From a bacterium (lineage in GTDB: Bacteria > Actinomycetota > Thermoleophilia > Solirubrobacterales > 70-9): DNA of 30,925 nucleotides. The DNA lies in NCBI GenBank assembly GCA_002919115.1, contig PKER01000009.1:1-30925 (forward strand). The letters are read 5' to 3'. Positions within the stretch are counted from its first letter, which is position 1, and each line of letters begins with the position of its first letter. The notes under the pieces are model-generated. The model saw only the letters and a program-made list of their open reading frames with translations, searched no databases and had not been told where the DNA came from. Made by a program: the position numbers and the translations under genes. This document shows, one piece after another, positions 16,960-23,703 of the stretch.

Positions 16960-17805
16960 CTACTCCCCGTCCTCCGCGACGCCCGCGGCGCGGTGGTCGC
17001 GGGAGAGCTCGATCACGACGAAGTCGCCCTGCTTGTCGGTCTCGACGGCGACACGGTCGGCGAGCTTCGCGAGCGAGAAGTCCATCCCGGGGACCTCCAT
17101 GTGCTCCATGAGCCGCTGGGCGCCGCCGTCCACGAACGGGCCGACGCGCATCCACAGCGTGCCGGGCTCGGGCTCGTCGAGCTCGACGCCCACGCGCTTG
17201 TCTGCGAAGTCGCCCGCGTCGTGCGAGGAGATCACGTCGCCGATCAGCACGCCGTCGGACATGCGGTCGAGCGAGAACCCGACGCGGGTCGCGGCGATCG
17301 CCATGACCCGCGCGATGACCTGGCGGGCCGCATCGCCCGTGACCGCGACCTCGGCCTCACGCGGCGGCGCGGGCGACGACTGCTGCACGGGCTCCGCGGC
17401 GCCCTGCAGGCCGAGGCGCACGCGCACCTCGGTGCCGCCGTCGAGCGGCGCGAAGACCTCGAAGCGGTCGGCGAGCGACGCGATCAGCGGCAGGCCCAGG
17501 CGCAGCGACTGGCCGCGCGCGTCGGCGGGGCGCGGCCGGAACCCGACGCCCCAGTCGCGCACGGAGAGGGTCACCTCGCCCGCGGCGACCCGCGCGCGGA
17601 CCTCGATCCTGCCCTCGGAGTCGTCGGGGTAGGCGTGAACCACCGAGTTCATGCACGCCTCGGTGGCGATCTGCTTGAGGTCGGACAGCGTCGCCTCGTC
17701 CATCCCGGTGGCATCCCCCAGGCCGGCGAGCGCCTGGCGAACCAGGGCTAGGTTCTCGGCTCGGGCGGCGACCGCGAGCCGTAGCTCGGTCGCCGAACCG
17801 CTCAC
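16960..17805 (-). CDS. RsbW-like anti-sigma factor / Ser kinase (HATPase_c-like) with a second, degenerate RsbW-like domain
   Basis: N-domain: 'ENLALVRQAL', N-box 'ATEACMNSVVHAY', G1 'VRDWGVGF', 'LGLPLIASLADRF'. A C-terminal ~120-aa region repeats the same pattern. GTGA overlap with the STAS gene. Confidence 0.85.
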   Translation of the reverse strand: MSGSATELRLAVAARAENLALVRQALAGLGDATGMDEATLSDLKQIATEACMNSVVHAYPDDSEGRIEVRARVAAGEVTLSVRDWGVGFRPRPADARGQSLRLGLPLIASLADRFEVFAPLDGGTEVRVRLGLQGAAEPVQQSSPAPPREAEVAVTGDAARQVIARVMAIAATRVGFSLDRMSDGVLIGDVISSHDAGDFADKRVGVELDEPEPGTLWMRVGPFVDGGAQRLMEHMEVPGMDFSLAKLADRVAVETDKQGDFVVIELSRDHRAAGVAEDGE

Positions 17806-18173
17806 GCCGATCCCGTCCTCTGACGGATGGCTTCGAGTGCCGCGTCCACGCTTTCGTGCACTGGCAGCTCGCGCCGCAGGCCGGTCACGTCGAGCACGCG
17901 ATTGACCGGCTCCGAGGAGCCGTCGCAGGCAACGCCGTAACCCTTCTGCTTCTCGGTCGCCTGGCGGCGGCCCTCGAGAATCGCGCCGAGGATCGAGGAA
18001 TCGATGAACGTGGCCTGGCAGAGGTCAACCACGACCGCCCCTTGCTCGTTTTGGGCGCGTTCAAGCGCGGCGCGAACCTGATTGACGGTGCCGAGATCGT
18101 GCTCGCCGACCAACGCGACGACGCCGACGCCGTCAACCGGGCTCGAGACTCGAACCTCTCCCGGAATCGCCAC
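17802..18173 (-). CDS. STAS-domain anti-sigma factor antagonist (RsbV/SpoIIAA-like)
   Basis: 'VVALVGEHDL', 'VVVDLCQATFIDSSILG' (phosphorylatable Ser), 'VLDVTGL'. GTG 18173 is chosen because TATGCT lies 6 nt upstream; the ORF track's start at 18245 is probably over-extended. Confidence 0.88.
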   Translation of the reverse strand: MAIPGEVRVSSPVDGVGVVALVGEHDLGTVNQVRAALERAQNEQGAVVVDLCQATFIDSSILGAILEGRRQATEKQKGYGVACDGSSEPVNRVLDVTGLRRELPVHESVDAALEAIRQRTGSA

Positions 18174-18385
18174 TACGCGAGCATACCCAGGATCAGAATT
18201 CGCCTCCCGCATGGTGCGCAGGCGCCGCAGCAAACCGCCGATCACGTCTAACCCGTACCCGTCACGGCGAAACGGCTAACCCGCGTGCGGCAGGCCGGGC
18301 GCCCGAACTCGACGAATCGGCCAATCCCCCGCGCACTCCTTGTACTGGCGCCGATCGCGGCCACAGGTAGCATCGCTTCTTGGGA

Positions 18386-19897
18386 ATGGCTAGCTACGAG
18401 ACGCGTTTGCTGATCGGGGGCGAGCTCGTGGCCGGCACGGGCGCACCGCTCGATGTCGAGAACCCCTACACGGAGGAGACGATCGCCACCGTGGGGAGCG
18501 CCTCCGCGCAGGAGCTCGACGCGGCGATCGCGGCAGCGCGCGAGGCCGCGCCCTCCTGGGCGGCGACGCCCGCCGTCGAGCGCGCCGAGATGCTGCACGA
18601 GGTGGCGACGCGCATCCGCGCGCGCACCGACGAGCTCGCCAGGCTGATGACCGCCGAGGGCGGCAAGCCGCTGATCGAGAACTCCGACGAGGTCGGCTGG
18701 ACCGCCGCCGCGTTCGACTACTACGCGGAGATCGGCCGCGACTCCGCCGGCCGGGTGATCCCGCCGATCGAGTCCACCCAGCTCGCGATGGTCGTGAAGG
18801 ACCCGCTGGGCGTCGTGGGCTGCATCGTGCCCTGGAACTACCCGCTGCTGCTCTTGGCGTGGAAGCTCGCGCCGGCGCTCGCCGCGGGCAACACGACCGT
18901 CTGCAAGCCCTCGGAGCTCACGCCCCTCTCCACGCTGGCCCTCGCGCCCTGCTTCGACCACCTGCCCCCCGGCGTGGTCAACCTGGTCGCGGGCGACGGC
19001 GATGTCGGCGCCGCGATCGCGGCCGACGAGCGGATCGACGCCGTCGCCTTCACCGGCTCGGTGGAGACCGGCAAGAAGGTCGCGGCCGCCTGCACGGCGC
19101 GCATGGCCCGCATGAACCTGGAGATGGGCGGCAAGGACGCGTTCATCGTCTGCTCCGACGTCGCCGGCGAGCTCAGCGTCGCCGCGCGCGGCGGCGTGTG
19201 GGCCGCGTTCCTGAACGCCGGCCAGGTCTGCACCTCGGCCGAGCGCTTCTACGTGATGAGCGACGTCTACGACGACTACCTCAACGCCTTCGTCGAGACC
19301 ACGCGCGGGCTCGTCGTCGGCGACCCCATGGACCCCTCGACCGACATCGGGCCGATGGTCTCGGCCGCGCAGCGCGCCAAGGTGGAGCGCCAGCTCGCCG
19401 AAGCGGTCGACGCCGGGGGCGAGGTGCTGGTCGGCGGCGACCGCGCGGGCCAGGAACGCGGCCACTTCCTGGCGCCCGCCGTGGTGGTCGGCGCCCCCGA
19501 CAAGACGGCAGTCTGGCGCGAGGAGACCTTCGGCCCCGTCGCGCCCCTGCGGCCCGTGCGCACGCTCGATGAGGCGATCGCCCTCGCCAACTCGACCCCC
19601 TACGGGCTCGGCGCGAACGTCTACACGCGCGACCTAGCCACGATGCTGCGCTGCATGCGCGAGCTGCGCGCCGGCACCGTCTGGTTCAACGACCCGCTGA
19701 CCGACAACGACGCGGGGCCCTTCGGCGGGTTCAAGCAGTCCGGCCTCGGCCGCGAGCTGGGGCGCGAGGGACTCGAGGCTTTCCAGGAGACCAAGCACGT
19801 ACACGTCGAGACGGAGATTGCGCCCAAGGAGTGGTGGTACCCGTACTCGCAATACAACGCCGCGGCGCAGCAGCCGCGTGACGGAGGTGGAGCATGA
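18386..19897 (+). CDS. Aldehyde dehydrogenase, probably aminoaldehyde/betaine-aldehyde type
   Basis: 'IVPWNYPLLLLAWK', 'FTGSVETG', 'LEMGGKD', catalytic 'NAGQVCTS', 'EETFGPV', 'FGGFKQSGLGRELG', C-terminal 'EWWYPY'. Start is ATG 18386 or TTG 18380. Confidence 0.88.
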   Translation: MASYETRLLIGGELVAGTGAPLDVENPYTEETIATVGSASAQELDAAIAAAREAAPSWAATPAVERAEMLHEVATRIRARTDELARLMTAEGGKPLIENSDEVGWTAAAFDYYAEIGRDSAGRVIPPIESTQLAMVVKDPLGVVGCIVPWNYPLLLLAWKLAPALAAGNTTVCKPSELTPLSTLALAPCFDHLPPGVVNLVAGDGDVGAAIAADERIDAVAFTGSVETGKKVAAACTARMARMNLEMGGKDAFIVCSDVAGELSVAARGGVWAAFLNAGQVCTSAERFYVMSDVYDDYLNAFVETTRGLVVGDPMDPSTDIGPMVSAAQRAKVERQLAEAVDAGGEVLVGGDRAGQERGHFLAPAVVVGAPDKTAVWREETFGPVAPLRPVRTLDEAIALANSTPYGLGANVYTRDLATMLRCMRELRAGTVWFNDPLTDNDAGPFGGFKQSGLGRELGREGLEAFQETKHVHVETEIAPKEWWYPYSQYNAAAQQPRDGGGA

Positions 19898-21396
19898 AGC
19901 CCGTGGCCGAGTCGCCAGTCGCCAGTCGCCAGTCTCAGGGGGGCGGTGCCCGCGTCCTCCGCAACTACGTCGGGGGTGAGTGGGTCGACGTAGACGGCGT
20001 CGAGCTGCTCGACGACATCAACCCCGCCACCGGGGAGGTCGCCGCCCAGGTGCCGCTGAGCAGCGCCGCCCACGTGGACGCCGCCGTGCGCGCGGCCCAG
20101 GAGGCTTTCCCGGCGTGGCGCGCCACGCCGCCGCAGAAGCGCGCCCGCGCGGTCATGGCGCTGCGCGAGGCGCTCTGGGAGCGCCAGGAGGAGATCGCCC
20201 GCCTGGTCACCGAGGACATGGGCAAGACGCTCGCCGACGCGCGGGGCGAGGTGCTGCGCGGCATCGAGTCGACCGAGGCCGCCACGGCGATCCCGCACCT
20301 GCTCAAGGGCGAGAACCTCGAGGGCGTCGCCAACGGCGTGGACGTCGAGCTGGTGCGCCAGCCGGTGGGCGTCGTCGCGGCGATCACCCCGTTCAACTTC
20401 CCCGCGATGATCCCGCTGTGGTTCCTGCCGTTCGCGATCGCGTGCGGGAACACGTTCATCCTCAAGCCGTCGGAGCGCGACCCGCGGCCGGCGGAGCTGA
20501 TCTTCGAGCTCATCGACGGGATCGACGCGATCCCCGCGGGCGTCTGCAACCTCGTCCACGGCGCGCACGACGCGGTCAACGGCATCCTCGACCACCCCGG
20601 GATCGAGGCGGTCTCGTTCGTGGGCCAGGCCTCGACCGCGCGGTACGTCGCTGAGCGCTCCGCCGCGAACGGCAAGCGCTGCCAGGCGCTCGGCGGGGCC
20701 AAGAACTCGCTCGTCGTGATGCCGGACGCCGACCTCGACGTGACGGTCCCGGCGATCATGAGCTCGTCGTTCGGCGCCGCGGGCCAGCGCTGCCTCGCCG
20801 GCTCGGTGGTCGTCCTCGTCGGCGACCGCGAGCGCCAGGACGAGGTGCTCGCCGCGATCCGCGACGCCGCCGCCGAGCTCGAGGCGGGCGCCGGCGACAA
20901 GGAGGACGTCGAGGTCTGCCCGCTGGTCGGGCCCGAGGCGCGCGACCGCGTCACGGGGGCGCTCGAGCGCGCGCTCGCCGACGGCACCGCCGAGCTCGTG
21001 CTCGACGGCCGCTCGACGGCCAACGAGGCCGGCACGCTGCTCGGCCCGACGATCGTCGAGGTCTCCGACCGCGAGTCGGAGGTCGCGCGCGAGGAGCTCT
21101 TCGGGCCGCTGCTCGCGGTGGTGCGCGTGAGCGACCTGGACGAGGCGCTGGAGTTCGTGAACGGCTCGCGCTACGGCAACGCCGGCTCGATCTTCACCAC
21201 CTCGGGAGAGGCCGCGCGGCGCTACCGCTTCGGCGTCGAGGCGGGGATGATCGGCGTGAACGTCGGCGTCGCCGCGCCGGTCGCGTGGTTCCCGTTCTCG
21301 GGCTGGAAGGACTCGATCGACGGCGACCTGCACGCCAACGGCAACGACGCCGTCGAGTTCTACACGCGCAAGAAGGTCGTCACCTCGCGCTGGTGA
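19894..21396 (+). CDS. mmsA: CoA-acylating methylmalonate/malonate-semialdehyde dehydrogenase
   Basis: 'AITPFNFPAMIPLW', 'FILKPSERDP', 'SFVGQASTA', 'QALGGAKN', 'FGAAGQRCLA', 'GMIGVNVGV', 'FYTRKKVVTSRW'. ATGA overlap with the upstream ALDH. Confidence 0.9.
   Translation: MKPVAESPVASRQSQGGGARVLRNYVGGEWVDVDGVELLDDINPATGEVAAQVPLSSAAHVDAAVRAAQEAFPAWRATPPQKRARAVMALREALWERQEEIARLVTEDMGKTLADARGEVLRGIESTEAATAIPHLLKGENLEGVANGVDVELVRQPVGVVAAITPFNFPAMIPLWFLPFAIACGNTFILKPSERDPRPAELIFELIDGIDAIPAGVCNLVHGAHDAVNGILDHPGIEAVSFVGQASTARYVAERSAANGKRCQALGGAKNSLVVMPDADLDVTVPAIMSSSFGAAGQRCLAGSVVVLVGDRERQDEVLAAIRDAAAELEAGAGDKEDVEVCPLVGPEARDRVTGALERALADGTAELVLDGRSTANEAGTLLGPTIVEVSDRESEVAREELFGPLLAVVRVSDLDEALEFVNGSRYGNAGSIFTTSGEAARRYRFGVEAGMIGVNVGVAAPVAWFPFSGWKDSIDGDLHANGNDAVEFYTRKKVVTSRW
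19910..19934 (+). repeat. Heptanucleotide tandem repeat (AGTCGCC)3+AGTC inside the mmsA 5' end
   Basis: Read directly: AGTCGCC at 19910, 19917 and 19924, plus AGTC at 19931. Confidence 0.9.
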
Positions 21397-21403
21397 GCGC
21401 GGG

Positions 21404-22471
21404 CTAGCCGGACTCCAGCAGCGTCGGGGTCGCGGGCTCCTCCGCGGCCCCCCGCTCGGCGAAGCCCGCGACGCGCACGCCGAGCAGCCGCACCGGCCGC
21501 TTGGGCGGGTTCTCGCGCAGGAGCTGGCGCGCGACCGCCGCGATCACCTCCGGGTCGTTGGTGCGCTCGCCGATGCTGCGCACCCGCGTGTACGTCGTGA
21601 AGTCGTCGTGGCGCACCTTGATCCCGATCGTGCGCCCGGCGAGGTCGCGCTTGCGCAGCTCCCCGCTCAGCCGCTCCGCCTGCCTTGCGAGCACCTCCTC
21701 CATGCGCCCGCGGTCGGCGATGTCGGTGTCGAAGGTCGTCTCCACCGAGCGGGACTTCGCCTCGCGGTGGGGCGTCACCGGCGAGTCGTCGCGGAAGTGC
21801 GCGCGCTCGTGGAGCATCCGGCCGTGGGTCTCGCCGAAGCGCTCGATCAGGCCCTCCACGGTGCAGCGCTGGAGCTGGCCCAGCGTCTTCACCCCGTAGC
21901 CGTTCAGCTTCGCCGCGGTCTTGGGGCCGATGCCCGGGATCAGGCGCACGGGCGCGTCCTTGAAGCGCTCGACCGCCTGCTCGCGGGTGAGCACGACGAA
22001 CCCGCGCGGCTTCTCGGCGTCGGACGCGACCTTGGCGACCAGCTTGTTGGGCCCGATCCCGACAGAGGCGTCGAGGCGGAGCTCCTCGCGGATGCGGCGG
22101 ACGAGGTCGCTCATCCGGGCGACGGGGTCGGGCACCGAGCTCAGGTCCAGGTAGGCCTCGTCCAACGAGACGGGCTCGATCGGCACGCCCAGCTCGCGCA
22201 TCAGCGCCATCACCTTGCGCGAGACCTCCCGGTAGTAGGCGAAGTCCGGCGGCAGCCAGACCGCGTCCGGGCACAGCCGCCGCGCGCGCGAGGCGGGCAT
22301 CGCCGAGCCCACGCCGTACTTGCGCGCCTCGTACGAGGCGGTCGTGACCACGGCGCGCGGGCCGGTTCCCGACACGATCACCGGCTTGCCGACGAGCTCG
22401 GGGTGGCGCAGCAGCTCGACCGACACGTAGAACGCGTCCATGTCGACGTGCGCGATCGTCCGCCGTGCCAC
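21404..22471 (-). CDS. dinB: DNA polymerase IV (Y family)
   Basis: 'AHVDMDAFYVSVE', 'ASYEARKYGVGSAM', 'SLDEAYLD', 'GPNKLVAKVASD..KPRG', C-terminal 'VRLLGVRV'. Confidence 0.95.
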   Translation of the reverse strand: MARRTIAHVDMDAFYVSVELLRHPELVGKPVIVSGTGPRAVVTTASYEARKYGVGSAMPASRARRLCPDAVWLPPDFAYYREVSRKVMALMRELGVPIEPVSLDEAYLDLSSVPDPVARMSDLVRRIREELRLDASVGIGPNKLVAKVASDAEKPRGFVVLTREQAVERFKDAPVRLIPGIGPKTAAKLNGYGVKTLGQLQRCTVEGLIERFGETHGRMLHERAHFRDDSPVTPHREAKSRSVETTFDTDIADRGRMEEVLARQAERLSGELRKRDLAGRTIGIKVRHDDFTTYTRVRSIGERTNDPEVIAAVARQLLRENPPKRPVRLLGVRVAGFAERGAAEEPATPTLLESG

Positions 22472-22510
22472 ATACCCAGGGTAAGCGGGAACGGGGCGGG
22501 CCCGGCGGCC

Positions 22511-23002
22511 CTAGCCCTCGTCGACGCCCGTGCGCAGGAGCGTCACGTAGAAGGGCCGGTAGCCGTGGCGCTCGTAGAAGCGGATCGCGTCGGAGTTCGT
22601 GTGAGCGACCCCGACGGCGAGCGTCCGGGCGCCGACCTCGCGGGCGAACTCCTCGGCCGCCTCGAGCAGCGCCGTGCCCACGCCCTGCCCGCGCTCGGCG
22701 GCGAGCACCGACAGCGTCTCGACCTCGACGATCGTCTCGCCCATGTCCCACGTCGCCGCGCCCGGCCCCGTGGTGAGCATCGCGTAGCCGATCGCCTCGT
22801 CGCCGCGCTCGGCGATGAGCAGGGTGCCGCGTCCCTCCTCGAGCCACGTGCGGTACTGGCCGCGGCGGTACTCCCAGGACCGGTGCGGCGCACGCTTGGG
22901 CGGCATCGCCGGGAGGGTCGCGTGGTGCGCACGCAGGGCCTCCCAGAGCGGAGCCAGGCGATCGATGTCCTGGGTGGTGCCGCGCCGGACGACGAAGTCC
23001 AC
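22511..23002 (-). CDS. GNAT family N-acetyltransferase
   Basis: Motif A 'VETLSVLAAERGQGVGTALL' and motif B 'NSDAIRFYERHGY'. Confidence 0.88.
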   Translation of the reverse strand: MDFVVRRGTTQDIDRLAPLWEALRAHHATLPAMPPKRAPHRSWEYRRGQYRTWLEEGRGTLLIAERGDEAIGYAMLTTGPGAATWDMGETIVEVETLSVLAAERGQGVGTALLEAAEEFAREVGARTLAVGVAHTNSDAIRFYERHGYRPFYVTLLRTGVDEG

Positions 23003-23053
23003 GCGCCCATGTTGCCATGCGCGGACGGCGCGCGCGAGCGCTTTTCCTGCGGA

Positions 23054-23524
23054 TCAGGCCTCGCGGTCGAAGTACCCGACGGCGCCCTCGCGGCGGAAGA
23101 TGAGGTTGTCGGGGCTGTCCTCGGCCGCCCAGATCCGCAGCTTGTCGCTGTCGGGATAGACCACCGCGTTCGGCCAGCTCACGTTCGAGAACATGAGGAC
23201 GCGGGCGACCTCGTCGCCGTCGTTCTGCACCCGGTGGGCGCCCTGCGGACCACGCGGCAGAAAGACCAGGTCCATGGGCTCGAGGGCGCGCTCGCCGTCG
23301 GGGTCGCGCAGGGTGGGCGTCCCGGAGAGCACGAGCAGCCATTCCTCCTCGCCCCACTCGTAGTGGTAGGGGCAGAGGGCCTCGCCCGGCGGCAGCTCGT
23401 ACACGCTCGCGCCCGTGATCTCGGCGCCGAGCTCGGGCCCGAGCCGCGCCCTGCCCCTGCGAAAGCCGGCGGGGCTGTCGCTTTCGTACTCGAACTCAAG
23501 CCGGTTGAGGTTCACGCGTCGCAT
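23054..23524 (-). CDS. Cupin domain-containing protein
   Basis: 'YELPPGEALCPYHYEWGEEEWLLVLSG' and 'GPQGAHRVQN' metal-binding cupin motifs. ATG at 23524; the ORF-track extension to 25123 is a shadow frame. Confidence 0.85.
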   Translation of the reverse strand: MRRVNLNRLEFEYESDSPAGFRRGRARLGPELGAEITGASVYELPPGEALCPYHYEWGEEEWLLVLSGTPTLRDPDGERALEPMDLVFLPRGPQGAHRVQNDGDEVARVLMFSNVSWPNAVVYPDSDKLRIWAAEDSPDNLIFRREGAVGYFDREA

Positions 23525-23582
23525 GCCTGCCGGTTCGCCGGAGGCACGGCGATTCCCTCCCGGCCCGCCCCAACGCCCGAGC

Positions 23583-23687
23583 GAGGCGGATTTGTTCGAC
23601 ATAGCCGAACGAATCCGCCTCACGTGCGGGGCTGAGGCGGATATGTGCGGCAGGGGCGAACGAATCCGCCTCACTGCGGTGAGGCGG
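23583..23687. repeat. Small array of alternating inverted repeats (REP/BIME-like)
   Basis: GAGGCGG at 23583, 23634 and 23681, alternating with CCGCCTCAC at 23615 and 23666. CGAACGAATCCGCCTCAC occurs twice, 51 nt apart. Confidence 0.8.
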
Positions 23688-23703
23688 GCGCGGCCCGGCA
23701 GGC

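Noticed and set aside
18183-18210. SigB/SigF-type promoter (GGGTAT on the minus strand upstream of STAS; also next to the dinB start)
   Set aside because: No matching GTTT or GGWWT -35 element lies at the right spacing, and both sites are explained by overlapping housekeeping-type -10 boxes. Autoregulation cannot be supported from the sequence.
22472-22510. LexA/SOS box upstream of dinB
   Set aside because: No CGAAC-N4-GTTCG-like palindrome is present. The GTTCG-N7-CGAAC at 23594-23610 has the wrong orientation and spacing and belongs to the repeat array.
22511-23002. GNAT as a spermidine/spermine acetyltransferase of the polyamine pathway
   Set aside because: Only generic GNAT motifs are visible, and it is in a different transcription unit, so the substrate cannot be assigned.
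23583-23687. Possible CRISPR mini-array
   Set aside because: There are only about 2.3 degenerate units, the intervening segments are 7-13 nt rather than spacer-sized, and no cas genes are in the window.
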